DNA of 60,000 nucleotides from Squalus acanthias (Eukaryota), in assembly GCA_030390025.1 (NCBI GenBank), contig CM059432.1, forward strand, positions 145,020,001 to 145,080,000, in the 5' to 3' direction. How positions within the stretch are numbered: position 1 is the stretch's first letter; each line of letters opens with the position of its first letter. A model generated the notes under the pieces. It did not search any database. It was not told the origin of the DNA and saw nothing but the letters and a program-made list of their open reading frames with translations. Position numbers and translations under genes: made by a program. Below, one piece after another: positions 36,021-49,654 of the stretch.

Positions 36021-37649
36021 TGATTTAATTCTGGAGTTGTATTAAAGTATTTCCTGGATGAACTGTGAAAAAATCTGCCACACAGATGTGTAGCTGAGCA
36101 ATGGATATTATCCGGAGCAAACTGTTTTGTGCAAAGGGTATGGGTGGGTGACCTTATTGACAAAATATTTGAGCTGAGCTAAACATTCACGGGGCATATT
36201 TAATATGACATTATGGACTCGCCTCTGCATCTATCTGCTGCATTACTTCTACACCAAGTCATGTTTTGTTCTGATAACACTTGATTCAGGATTTACTCAG
36301 TGTGTTGATCTGAAGTGGCTCATTGCGGTGACATCATCCAGCAGTGTAGAGGGCTGGAGTTACTCCAATCTTCATCGCCCAGAAAACAGCTCACTGAACA
36401 CAGGCCTATATCCAACACCCACCTGATATAGTTCTTGTCTCTGTGGAAATGGGGCAGTATTCACGTTTGGGTTAATGATTAGCACCAGCCAAACCAATTG
36501 ACTGGGTGTCCCCTGGACTCCATGTGGTGTTTTCATGCTTCATGGTTTCAACAATCTCAGCGCATGAATCCAATAAATGAATACCCCGATGGTACGTCTA
36601 ATACTCCTCAAACAACCAGCTGCCCAGTGCTGGTTAGCGTGACAGGTGCCATGAGGAGATTGTCCAATCCGTGTGGCCACTGCTTGAATCATATGGAGGA
36701 AAACAGAAGAGTTAAGCAGTGGCCACAAGGATTGGACAATCTTCTCATTGGTGGCCTGTTTAAGAAAATAAACGAATGGACCTTTCAGCCCACTAGAGTG
36801 TCAGACTGCCTGGAAGTGAATCTGAGAGAATCTGAACTCTGGGTTAGCAACACAAAGGGCCAGGAGGGACATCAGAAACAAGTTGCACCAATCTACCAAC
36901 ATACAAAGAGTGAGAGAAACGTCATCAGGGCCCACTCTACCCATGAGACCATGCAGCCTCGCACACCACCAGTAACGGGTAACACCCAGTGCAGGCAAAC
37001 AAAAATCCTCTGGGAATTTCCTCCTGATCGAGTTCCGGGAGTCCATGGTCACCCCTTCACATCACTAGACCCACTTCACCAAACCAGCCCCAATATCATT
37101 AGGAACCACTAACACCAGAAAAGACCATCTCTATCCATCAGCTGATCCCAGAGGTCACGGAGTTCATACTCTATTTTTATCTCTCACACCCTTCTGTCAA
37201 AAAATATTGATCACTTTCTTGAATGTAGAACTTCCATACGTGGGTTAATCTTCATTTTCACCATCCTGTGTGTGAATAAGTTTTATCTTAACTCTGTTCA
37301 CCTTTCCTTGCCTAAACTGAATCTATGTCAATTTGTTCTAGAGTTTGTATAAATGTTGAACATCTTTGTGGAATCCAGTTAATCACTTCCCCTGAAAGTC
37401 TTAAATACTGCGAGAAGTTTAACTCTAAGCTGTCTATATCCAGTGTAAATATCCCGAGTGCCTGTACTTTCTCAAAGCACGGATGTTGAATCACATTTAC
37501 TAACTTCGTTGCCCTTCTTTCTACTCTTTCCAAGGCCTGGACCCTCCCCTCCCTATGGTTCAGTGCCCAGAACCATACACAATACTCAAGGTGGTGGTGG
37601 ACCACTTTGTCCTTTCCAACTACCTTTCCGCTCAAAGTTCATTGAATGC

Positions 37650-38440
37650 ATCATCATCTCAACTCCATTCCCACCTCTCCCCAAACTCCTCATTCAAATC
37701 TCTTCCAAGTACAGTTTCTGCCATTCTCTCAGCACAGAGAACACCCTGGCCAAAGTTACAGATGACATCCTCTGTGATTGCTACCATGGTGCATTATCCA
37801 TTCTTATCCTCCTCGACCTCTCTGTAGAGTTCAACGTAGTTGACGATGCCATTCCCCTCCAGTATCTCTCCTCTGTTGCCCAGTTCCATGGGAGTGCTCT
37901 TAGGTGGTTCCACTCCTGCCTGTCCCATTGGAGCCAGTGTATCTTCATCAATATCTAATTCAGACCCAACATCTTATCCATCACCAAAACTGTTTACTTC
38001 CTGCAACATTGGTCTCTTCCATCTACCTCACTCCAACTCCACTAAAATCCAAATCCACGCTTTTGTCACCTTTAGAATCAATTACCAGAGTACCCACGTT
38101 ACTAGTCTTCCCTCCTCTACCTTCCATAGACTTCAACTTGTCCAGACCTCAGTTGCCCATATCCTGACCTACAATAGGTGTGAGTTATCCAACATCCCAT
38201 CTTCACCAGTCACCCACCACATCATCCTTAACTTTAAAATCACTCCTTTGTCTCTGCAATATCCTCCCCCACACCTTTTGTCCTCCAACTGATCTTCTGT
38301 GTACCCCTCCCCTCCACCATTGGTAGGACAGTCTTCAGCTACCTCAGTGCCTCTATACAGATCTCCCTCCCTAAACCTCTCTACTCCTCTTCTCTCTCTA
38401 CTTTAAAACCCATCTTCCCTACCTCAGAGCACTGGTGACC
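37650..38440 (+). mobile_element. Degenerate L2 LINE fragment
   Basis: STENTLAKVTDDIL...SILILLDLSVEFNVVD and IHAFVTFRINY motifs. Confidence 0.75.
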
Positions 38441-38507
38441 TTCACTCCACTGAGAGCAGTTCTTCCGCTTCACTGTCTCTGCAAATATATCTTGGACCAG
38501 ACAATAC

Positions 38508-39172
38508 AGGCTGGATTTTCATGGGGAAGGCGGGTTGGGGGCGAGGGGGCTCTGATGCGGGTGGGAAACCCGGGAGAACGGGTTTCCCGCAGGCCCTGCT
38601 GACTTTAATGGCAGGGCCTGATTTGTATCTGAAGCCTGTTTCCCATCTGCAGCCACCCAGATGGAGAGGCTGGCTGGCTGCAGGCAGATAGGCCATACAG
38701 AGGAGGGAAGGAGGGATCGGGTGGGGGCTGGTGAGAAAGATTGGGGCTGTTGAGGGACCGGGGGTGGGCGGGGAGGTGAGGAAGATCGTGGCTGGCCTCA
38801 AGATCATCGGCAGGGGAGGGAGGTCCGGGAAGGAGATCGGCGGCCTCGTGAGACGGTCTCCAATCGTGGGGGGTGGGCTAGGCAGGGACTCTGGATTCAG
38901 GAGGTAAGTGTAAAGGCACTTACCTCCTGGATGCAGCAGTCCTCGCCTTACTGTAACTGCCACATTTTACAATGTGTACAAAGCCTGACTAGCTATAGTT
39001 AAACACAAAATGGTGGTTAAAGAAGAGGCGTCCAGTCTCATTGTAATATTTACATTGATGTCCCGCCTCCTGGCAGCGGGTTGGGTTGAGGTCGGGATTC
39101 ATTTAACTACCCCCCCCCCCACCCCCACCACGCTCCAAACCCACCCATTTTTTTCCAGGTAAAAATGCCCCC
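38508..39172. mobile_element. Probable MITE-like GC-rich repeat
   Basis: Begins ggctggattttc and ends gtaaaaatgccccc, similar to the terminal pattern of 43318-44078. Confidence 0.45.
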
Positions 39173-42100
39173 CACAATTCTGACTGCTCCCTTCCTCAAG
39201 CTGAGCCTCATCAGACATCTCCCTCAGCAAGGTTCAGGCAGTCGTGTCAGGCATAGTAGTTCCTTGCCCCATGGTTGGCACCCTGACTATTCTATGACCT
39301 CCCCACATTCTCCCTGTCTCCTCCTCCATGGTATGATTACCCACAGTTAGTCATACACCCATTTTCTGTGACTTATAACAACAATAACTTGCATTAATAC
39401 AGCGTCTTTAACATAGCAATACATCCCAATGTGCTTCATAGAGGAATGTGGAAAATTAAGGAGTAATTAGAAGGAATAAACAAAGGGTGTGGTCAAAGAG
39501 GTAGGTCTCGAAGGAAGATAGGGAGGTAATTCTAGAGAATGGAATCTCAGTAGCTGAAGATGTGGTCGCCAATGGTGGGGCGAAGGGAGAGCAATGCACA
39601 AGAGGAGGTCAGAGGAACGGAGAGTTTGGGGAGGGTCGTCAGACTGGAAGAGGTTACATTCCTCTCTTCCCCCCCTCACCCGATCCCCAGTTTCCCTCTC
39701 TGGCTCACCTTTTGCTGTTCAGCACTTTACCCTTGGGAGGGATGGTGTTTGGGGGCGGGGGGGAGGGTGGTATTGTTCATGATAACGATCCGCTGTTTAT
39801 CTTTTATTGCTCTTGACTTCCTGAGAGAGAAAAAAGTAGCCCATATGGTGAAGGAAGCAGATGCGTCAGCACATCAGGTTGGTAAGAAGTTACAGGAAAG
39901 CAATAAAATGTGCTGAGGCTGCACGAGGAGTGTCTGTGTAGTCAATACAAGAAACGTGAGGAAAGGAGGTAAAGAATGCTGGAACTCAGAAATAGAAAGA
40001 GGAAATTCACAGCAGGTCAATCAGCACCTGAAAGGGAAAGAGGGATTAATGTTTCAAGGAATCCTTCATCAGAAGAAATGTCTTGTGTTGCCAGAAAATC
40101 CAAGTGAACCACCCTGTGGTCAGGTGAACTCAGAAAGGACCTGTTCTGGTCCAATGAGTATGTGAATAAGACCAGTGTCTGTTACCATCCCCAAAGTCAG
40201 AGGCAATTCCCTCATCTTCTAGGATTACATGTAATTGGGCAGTTTGATTTCTGTGAAAGTATTACAGACAGACAGGTCCACGTGGATGCGTGCATTGGGC
40301 TAGAACCACATGATCCTAACTGGAAATAGGCGGTTTGGAAGATTCCAAATAATAATAGCCTAAAACACACTTGGGCAGTTGTGAAGGATTTCCTAAAGAA
40401 GCAGTGAATCAGTGATTTGGAATGGGCCACCCAGACTGAAGATTTACACTCAGTAGAGAGGGGTGTTACCACAGTACTTGAAGGCTGAAAGCTAACATTC
40501 CTCCAATAACTGTGGCCAGAGACGAGGGTCTGCATCGGGTAGTACCCCTGCCAGTCCCTGACTGACTCTGTGCCCAGAAGACTGCACCCCATGTTCAGTG
40601 CCAAGGCTGGCAACACCAAGTATTGACTGACCAAATAATTTCGGGATAGACTAAATTTTTCTTCAGAATTGTTTTGTGTAGACTCTTTGGAAAAGAGAAA
40701 TTCATCTTATTAGAAGTTTGCTTTGTAATAAGTTCACACTAACTGAAGCAAGATCTTTTTCACATTGCTTTAATGTATAATCTCAACTGAAAACATATGT
40801 CTGATGGGCTTTTCATTAAAAGACCCTTGTATTTTCAAACCAAGCAGTTAATACTCTTCTGTTCGCCAGGAGAGTAAGCACTGGGTTCAATTTCAACTTG
40901 AAGCAGAGATTAAAATGATCCAGTGTGCTGCCCTGTTCAGAGTTTCGATCACTCATTTCTTGCATTTAACTAAAATAATAAAAGTGTAGAAGGGAGGATA
41001 TTTATTTTAAAGGCAGTCAATATTTCATGAGCTTTCTCTGTGCTCCTAGCTAACTAAAGTGAGTGGTGACACAGGCTGCCTCCTGACACATGCCACTGTT
41101 ATACTGCACGTTTGGTGTTTGTGCAGTGAGATTTCTTTCACTGTATGAAACTAAAATGCTGCTAGTTTTTTTTTTACTGCTATCTTTGTGCTTCAGTTGG
41201 GGTGTAACTCAGCAGAGAGGGGTTGGAATTTCCATGGTTAAAGTTTACAAAGACCCCTGGTCTCCTGGCCTCCCATCTTTAAGTTTTGGGATGAGTGAAG
41301 ATGGTCTGAATGGTTTTCCTCATCCGTAATTATCTTGTGATCTTGTAGTGAATGGAAAATCAGGACTGTTGTAATAGAAATATATATTTTTTAATGGCTT
41401 TCATAATTTTTCTGTTACATGGACTGTCATTTCGGAGTTGCGGCCATTCAAAATTATAGGCATCCTTTTCACTCCAAAACATTTGGATAACTGAAAGTAG
41501 GAGCTGGAGTAATATGGAGGAGCTGGATTTAGTTAAGAACCGTGGTATTTTTAACACCAGAGGTGTACTCTTGCCACTAACCCCTTGGCTTCATCGGATG
41601 CTGTAGTATTAGTTGGAGTCTCATCGGACTGCCTTTTCACAAGCTGCCTACACATCCAGCTCTCTGGTGACAGCTTCAGAGCAGCTGCAGACTCAGCGAA
41701 GTCTGGCCTGAGAGTCGTCACCTCAATGTCCTGAATAATGGTCATGACGCTGGCTGTGTGCCTGCTGCAAATTACAGGATGTCGAGCTACGCAACAAATC
41801 ACATTTCTCAACTAAACAGCCGGTTAAAGCGTGAAGAATGGTTTCAGTCAGGCTGCCTAAATAAGACTTTTGTGAGAACACGGAGAGATCAGGTCAGGAG
41901 ATTAGGGATAAATACAGGGTCCCAATTCTTCTGACTAAAATCTTATTTATTGTTGAAATTGTAAACACTGATTTAGCCGGGAAAATAGTGTTCGTTGCCT
42001 CGCACCAGAAACATATTTTTCCATTCAGGATTGCAAATTCACTTCACCCTTTCGCACACAACTTGTTGATTTTAGCAACGCGGGAATTAATCCTTTGTGC

Positions 42101-43317
42101 AGTGAAAGTGTGCAAGACACAATGCAATAGGTGTGTGTGTGTGCAAAGATGTAAAGTTTCAATAAGACACAGTTGCATATATAAGCATATACTGCAATAA
42201 AATCACAACTGGGCACATGCACAAACATATTAAATAAAATCTAAACCTGGGAAATGTACAAATAAATGAATCAGATTTGGGTGTACAGGATAACCAAATA
42301 AATCAGACCTGGACATGTCGAGATACAAAATAAAACAGACCAGCCCTTTCAGAGCGGGTTAATTCGTTTCTTTCCATTGCTGCTTTAAGATGGTGCCCAG
42401 TCTTAAAAACCTTGAACTATTGCAGCGGTTACTATTGTCATTTTAATAAAAATTTGTAAGTTCCGCGAGCGAAAAGACAGGTTAACATTTTGTGCCTATC
42501 TCGTGATCTCGAATGCGATCCTTCTGACACAGTTTGGTTTTTTTCCCCCCAATACTTTACCACAGATGTACGACAGTCTCCATAAGCGGACTGGGTTTCC
42601 CAGGAGTGACAATTGCCTCCTTATACAGGCTGTGTTATGAGTTAGTGTGCCCAGGGTCAACAATTAACTCCCAATCACTGGGGATGCCCAACAAATTCTC
42701 CCATTCCCTTTCTAAAGAAGGAAAACAACACACTGTTAGACCAATGTCTACAGGCTAAAGCTACTTGGTCCGATTTATTTCCAGGTTAAATAATAGAGAC
42801 GTCAGAAGACACAACAAGATACTGGAACAGCACAAAAGTTCAAAAACTAATAACTCCTTGTAGTCTGATTCAAAACTTAATGCATCTTAGAATGATCTCA
42901 CTAACTGAATCGGAAAAGCAACAGGACGGTTGGATGAAAAAGTCAAATGTGTCTCTTGATAAACCTTGAGGATGAGATGTTGGGGGTGATTTTCATACAT
43001 GGCGTGGATCGGGCAGGTGGTGGTGGGGAAGGGGCGTTTGCTTCACCCGCCCGATGACGTTGGCGGGAAGCCCGACCGATTTTCATGCTTGGGCCTGATT
43101 TACGGAGAGTGACGAGCTGCCAGCGCTAATCGCCGGCTCGCCGTGTGGGAAATCTGATGGAGCCGTGCCTTAAAGCCCCAAAGCTGCTTCCTACTGTGGG
43201 TGCTCCAATAAATAAGCGGACTAGAAGCCCAATAGATTTTACACTTTGTGAGGTGAGGCTTTGCCTTTAAAAGTGTGTGGAAAATGCCAATTCTTTCATG
43301 CAATTCCCCGACATATA

Positions 43318-44078
43318 GGGCTGGATTTTGTCTTGGGATGGGGTTGGGGTCGTGTTACCCGCATTTCGTGTTGCCCCCCCCCCCCACTGCAGATTAATGT
43401 GGATGAATGATGCAATTTTCACTTAATTGGGCAATTGAGTTCCAGCATGTGGGAACCCATGAACCAATTAGTGAATTAGTGAAACCAGTCTGAAAGTCGC
43501 CTCTGATGATGTCATCATTCCAGGTCAGAGAGTGCCTGCCTGGTCTCAGAGAGTGCCTGGCCTTTGCTGTGAGTGGACCTGGATGCAAAATGAGCAGCAT
43601 CTGAGAGAGAGAGAATTTTTTTTTTGCATCCAGGTCCTCTCACAGCAAAGGCCAGGCAGTCTCTGAAGACATTCAATGCAGCAGCATCAGAGGCGACTTT
43701 CACACCTAATACTATTACTACCTTCATCGCATCTCCATTGTAATAGTGGACCTGCAGCTGATAGTCAGCTATCCACTTGTGCTCCTGCCAGGTTTCACTG
43801 GAGTGTTTCACATCAGGCGTACTTCACGTCGGAAAAGGGTTAAACTAGCTAAAACGTTTCAAAATGGCATTACAGAGCCAATTTAGGGCTTGTTAAGGGC
43901 TTTAATGGCCTCTCCCGCCTCTTGGAGGTGGGACAGAGTCGGGAACCCTGCGACCGATTTTGTCAAAATTACGTGGAGGCGGAATGGAGTCGGGATGGGG
44001 TCGGGACCCCCAACCCCGCAACTTTAACCCCCCACATGCCTCCAAACCCGACTCCATGGGTCATTGAAAATCCAGCTC
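43318..44078. mobile_element. MITE-like element with TIRs gggctggatttt/aaaatccagctc and an internal fold-back
   Basis: 12-bp TIR with one mismatch; subterminal gggatggggt.ggg motifs. Confidence 0.6.
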
Positions 44079-44129
44079 ATAGAGTCCCTCCTTCATAGAG
44101 AACCCGGCTAACAGTACAATATTCAAAGA

Positions 44130-44545
44130 AAGTAAGAACCTGAATTTATATAGCTCCTGTCACATCCTCAGGACATCCCAAAGCACTTTACAGCCAAATG
44201 AAATACTTTTGAAGTGTAGTTACTGTTGTAATGTAGGCAACGGCCGCAGCCAATTTGCACACAGCGAGGTCCCACAAACAGCAATGTGATAACGACCAGA
44301 TCATTTGTTTGTGATGATGGTTGAGGGATAAATGTTGGCCACGAAACCAGGGAGAACTCCTCTGTTGTTCTTCAAATAGAGGCCATGGGATCTTTTACAT
44401 CTACCTGAGAGGGCAGACAAGGGCCTCAGTTTAACGTCTTATCTGAAAGATGGCACCTCCAACAGTACTGCACTGAAGGGTCAGCCTCAAGTCTGTAGTG
44501 GGTCTTGAACCAACAGCCTTCTGACTCGGAGCCAAGAGTGCTACA
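44130..44545 (-). mobile_element. Deu-domain SINE (SacSINE1-like)
   Basis: tRNA-like head (gtagcactcttggctccgagtcagaaggctgttggttcaagac), Deu-like core and tail. Confidence 0.82.
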
Positions 44546-45224
44546 TACGGAGTCAGAATGAGACTGTGGAAGCTCTATGGCAGTCACAGTGCAAACCACA
44601 AACTACACATTTTCATTTTGATGCAGCCTTGTTTGGACTTACAAGGGACTTTGCCCAGACAGGATTGGCTCTTAGTAGAAATAAATTTGCTTCTGTCTAT
44701 TGGATGGATAGTGTGTCCTCGGAACAATGTCCATTACAGGTAGCTCCCCACATTCACCCAGAGTTTCCTCTGGCAAAAACCTTTGCCCAGAAAATTAACT
44801 TATTTGCCTTCGCTCCCATTTTCTCTGTATCGAAAAGGCAGGAAATTGGGAGCACCTGGGAAAATCCAGCTGATACATTAAATTTTCTGTTGTCAAGATC
44901 AGGTCAAAGGCAAAATAAAAGTTTATCGTTGGTCTGAGAGATCAACATGCTTAGAAGCAGTCCTGGGCTACACGCTCTCTGGAACCTGCATTGTGTTCGG
45001 TCAGATAGGCAGGGAGACACAAGCAGGCAGTAGTCTCTGGCTGAAAGCTGGCAGCTGACTGTGGACAGAGTGAGGCAGTGATGGGGTCTGCAGCTGGTAG
45101 TGGTTACAAACTTTGCTCTGCTCTTACTGCCTTTCGAGAACCGCACCGTGCTACAGAGCTCACTGCACAATCACTGCTGTGTCCTCACCACACCCCATGG
45201 GGTTTCATACACCAGTGTTACATG

Positions 45225-45552
45225 GAATTACATTACAGCACAGAAACAGGCCATTCGGCCCAACTGGTCTATGCCGGTGTTTATGCTCCACACGAGCCTT
45301 CTCCCACCCCTCTTCATCTCACCCCATCAGCATATCCTTCTATTCCTTTCTCCCTCATGTGTTTATCTAGCTTCCCCTTAAATTCATCTATGCTATTCGC
45401 TTCAACCACTCCTTGTGGTAGCGAGTTCCACATTCTAACCACTCTCCGGGTAGAGTTTCTCCTAAATTCCCTATTGGATTTATTAGTGACTATCTTATAT
45501 TCGCAGTCCCTAGTTTTGGTCTCCCCCACAAGTGCAAACACCTTCTCTATGT
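45225..45552 (-). mobile_element. CR1 LINE 3' fragment
   Basis: RVVRMWNSLPQGVVEANSIDEFKGKLDKHM; homologous to 58866-59185. Confidence 0.85.
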
Positions 45553-47447
45553 AAGAATGCAAGACACGCCTGATGGGATCTCAGCGTGAGCTCACCTGCA
45601 TTGACCATTTTATTCCTCGTTTCCCATGATTTCCCTTCAAAATTTCACTGGTGAGATCCATTCATTCTTTTAATTAAACGACACAAATGTCGTGTCACAA
45701 ATTGCCCTTTTAGACATCTCTCCCTCCCCTGTGGAATTTTCTTGCAAACCCACATTTCTCTCTTCCTGCTTTAAAAGCCTCCACAAGACTCATCTCTCTG
45801 CCTTCATTCCCAACTCACATCTTCTGTCTGGTATCCAGTTTCTCCTCTTTAAACACTATGGGGTTGAGAGTCCTCAGCGTTTTGGGGTGCAGTGTTGGTG
45901 CACCTCGGTTGAGGGCTGGATTTTAGGGCCTGACGTTTCTGCCAGGTTTACATTCCCTTGAAATATGCAATCTGGGTGGGACAGGCCATTTCCTCAGCCT
46001 GCCCCAGCACCATAGTGACAGCTTGACGCCCACCTCAGAGGGCAGTGGTTTTCAGCTCATTATCCAAACTTGCACTGTTACTGAGGGTGTGTGTCATTGC
46101 TGTCCTTTAGCTGAGATGTTAAATTGAGGTCTTGTCTGCCTGTTCATAGAATGTTCCAGCACAGAAACAGGCCATCCAGCCCACTAAGCCTGCATCAGTC
46201 GACATGAGCCATCAAGTCTAATCTCACCCTCCTCCTTGCTCATTGTAACCACTAATATTCCATTTTTCCAAGCAATTATACAATTCCCCTTTAAAAGAAT
46301 TTATAGACTTGTTAATGGCAGAGAATTCCACATCGTAATAACTCCGTGTGAAGAGATATTTCTGTTCTTTTTAATTCTTTGGTGATTATCTTACTTGTGT
46401 CCTCGATCGTACCTCTCTGTCCAGTGGAAACAATTTATCACTATTTACTTTATCAAAATCTTCATTAGCGTGAAGACATCAACAGGTCACCCCTTAACCT
46501 TCTAAACTCTAGTAAAGAAAAGCCCTAATTTCTCAAGTCTCTCTTCGTTGCTGTAATCCCTCATCCATGCCAATATCCTACTGAATTTATGATGCAGCTT
46601 TTCCACTTCTTTTATATTCTTCCTATAAAAAACAGGCCATCCAGACATCGCAATTTCAGGGTCATTGCCTTTGCTCCTTTACTCCATTTATAATCTTACC
46701 ATGCAAGGTGAATTTTCTTTCCCTATTTTTGTACATTGAACTGTATTGTTAGCGGATGTGTTCTTATTTATAAGTTTACCCCTCAAATCAATAAGGTTCT
46801 CATTACTTTGAAAATCAGGTGTCACAGATTTATTAAGCCGACAGTACATGTAATAGAACTTAAACATACACTTAAAGGACAGAAAGAAAGAAAAAGAAAG
46901 AAAGACTTACATTTATATAACACCTTTCATGACCACCGGACGTCTCCAAGCGCTTTACAGCCAATGAAGTACTTTTGGAGTGCAGTCACTGTTGTAATGT
47001 GGGAAACATGGGAGAACTTACAATGGAGCCTGCGGGTTTAGTCAAGGGACTCGAGCATGTCACAGTTCCGAGCTCAGTATATAGGTTGATCAGACCTGAT
47101 CGAATCCTACGTATCTAACACCCACTTTTTATATCTTCTTCTTACTCCCTCTAGATGACAATCCACGTGTTTCTGAATTATATGATAATACAAAAGTTAA
47201 GTTACAACCCCATATAAAGTGAATTTTAATGAGTTTGACTGTAATCAATAACTTTAGTTTTCCTTACTTAGAGTTATTTTTCTGTACAACTCCCTTACTT
47301 TGTTATCTTAGCGATAGCTTCACTTTTGCTATTCCACCAGGTGAAACCTTTAATTATAAGTCTTTGATCCAGTACCATTCCGTACCACTCAATCTTCTGC
47401 TTCTACAGAAACTCAAATTAAAAAGGATGATGTATACCCAGATGTTT

Positions 47448-47880
47448 ATAGAATCATAGAAATTTACGGCACAGAAGGAGGCCATTCAGCCCATCGTGTC
47501 TGTGCTGGCCGAAAAAGAGCAATACAGCCCAATCCCACTTTCCAGCTCTTGGTCTGTAGTCCTGTAGGTTACGGCACTTCAAGTGCATATCCAAGTACAT
47601 TTTAAATGTGATGAAGGTCTCTGCCTCTACCACCCTTTCAGACATTGAGTTCCAGACCCCCACCACCCTTTGGATGAAAAACATTCTCCTCAACTCCCTT
47701 CTACCAATTACTTTAATTCTATGCCCCCTGGTTATTGACCTCTCTGCTAAGGGAAATATGTCCTTCCTATCCATGCCATCTCGGCCCCTCATAATTTTAT
47801 ACACCTCAATTAAGTCTCCCCTCAGCCTCCTCCAAAGAAAACAACCCCAGCCTATCCAATCTTTCTTCATAGCTAAAAGT
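47448..47880 (-). mobile_element. CR1 LINE 3' fragment
   Basis: RRLRGDLIEVYKIMRG...TRGHRIKV...QRVVGVWNS; ttctatga-type tail. Confidence 0.85.
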
Positions 47881-48011
47881 CTCCACTCCTCATTGTTTTA
47901 GTTATCAACTGTTTAAAGTTCTCTCAAATATATGAATCGGTATGCAATGGCATGTTTTTTAATTAGGTTTACAAAACTGACCATTGCTTTAAAGGTCAGT
48001 GTCAGTTCAAC

Positions 48012-48602
48012 TTCTTTTTAGGCAGTCCCTCGGAACCAAGGATGACTTGCTTCCACACTAAAAGTGAGTTCTCAGGTGACTGATGAGTCCAATGCGGGAC
48101 CTACAGTCTCTGTCACAGGTGGGGCAGATGGTGGTTGAAGGGGCGGGTGGGTGGGGTGCTTGGGTTGACGTGTGCTCCTTCCGCTTGGCTTCCGCTTGCT
48201 CCCGGCGAAGAGACTCGAGGTGTTCGGTGCCTTCCCAGATGCTTCTCCTCCACTTTGTGCGGTCTTGGGCCAGGGATTCCCAGGTGTCAGCGGGGATGTT
48301 GCACTTTTTCAAGGAGGCTTTGAGGGTGTCCTTGAAGTGTTTCCTCTGCTCATCTGGGGCTCTCTTGCCGTGTCGGAGCTCCGAGTAGAGCGCTTGTTTT
48401 GGGAGTCTCGTATCGGGCATGCGGACAATGTGACCCGTCCATCGGAGCTGATCGAGCGTGGTCAAAGCTTCGATGCTGGCCTGAGCGAGAACACTGATGT
48501 TGGTGTGCCTATCCTGCCAATGGATCTTGCGGAGGCAGCGTTGGTGTTACCTCTCCAGTGCTTTGAGGTGCCTGCTGTACATGGTCCATGTCTCTGAAGC
48601 AT
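48012..48602 (-). mobile_element. RTE-clade LINE 3' fragment with 32-bp TSD
   Basis: QLRWTGHIVRMPDTRLPKQALYSEL...CPTCDRDCRSRIGLISHLRTH; perfect TSD at 47980-48011 and 48603-48634. Confidence 0.9.
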
Positions 48603-48824
48603 ACCATTGCTTTAAAGGTCAGTGTCAGTTCAACAGTTCGGAGCTCACTGCATCAGAATTGACTTATACTTCCCTGTTTAACAGGCAAAGGCCAAAGATT
48701 ACTGTTACTACGATATAAAGAGAATCAATAGCAGTTTAACATTAGCAGACTTCAGGACAGTCTGATTAACCCTTTCCTTACAGTACGTGTCATCTATTTA
48801 CTCATCCTGTTCATTATCTAAATC

Positions 48825-49205
48825 AACAATAACTTGTATTTATTTCGCTCCTTTAATGTAGTAAAACATCCCAAGATGCTTCACAGGAGCGTTATCAAAC
48901 ACTGAGCCACATAAGGAGATATTAGGACAGGTGACCAAAAGCTTGGTCAAAGAGGTAGGTTTTAAGGAGAGTTTTAAAGGAGGTGCAAGAGAGGTGGAGA
49001 GGTTTAGGGAGGGAATTCCAAGCTTAGGGTCCAGGCAGCTGAAGGCACGGCCACCAATGGTGGAGCGATTAAAATAAGGGATGCGCAAGAGGCCAGAATT
49101 GGAGGAATGCAGAGATCTCGGAGGGTTGTAGGAGGTTACAGAGATAGGGAGGGATGAGGCCATGGAGGGATTTGAAAACAAGGATAAGAATTTTAAATTG
49201 AGGTG
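48825..49205 (-). mobile_element. L2 LINE 3' fragment
   Basis: Homologous to 9540-9780 and 49655-50050. Confidence 0.8.
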
Positions 49206-49654
49206 TTACAATCCTCGTCACAATTTGGTGTCATCAGTAAGTTTCAATATTGTTCCCTCAGCTCTTAAGTCCAGAGATCATGAGTATAAATCCCACCATG
49301 GCAAGTTGTGAATTGAATTCAATAAATCTGGTAATTTGTGGGGCTGGAAAAAAAAACATGAAAACTGATGGATGTTGTTAATACTCAACTGGGTCACTAA
49401 TGTCCTTCAAAGAAGGGAACTTGTCACCCCTACATGTGGCTCCAGTCCCACACGGTGTGGTTGACTGTTTATGCCCTCAGGATAGGCAATAAATACTGGC
49501 CACACCCCAAAAATCAAATCTAACAACGCTTAACTAGTTATCTATTTCATCGCAGTTTCTGGGACATCGCTGGCACACATTGGCTGCTCCCTTGCCTCCA
49601 ATGTAGCAGTAGCTTTGTGTACATTTACCACTCCACTATTTTAGAACACCATAT

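Noticed and set aside
36498..37112. 204-aa plus-strand ORF
   Set aside because: Non-ATG start and no recognisable domain; probably a decayed repeat.
40040..40078. Minus-strand CTGATGA-aggattcctt-GAAA motif in a decayed PLE-like terminus
   Set aside because: Stems I and III are degenerate; probably an old dead copy, so not called as a ribozyme.
41360..41811. Minus-strand peptide IEVTTLRPD reminiscent of restriction-like endonuclease LINEs
   Set aside because: Only a short motif; the surrounding frames do not give a convincing domain without a profile search.
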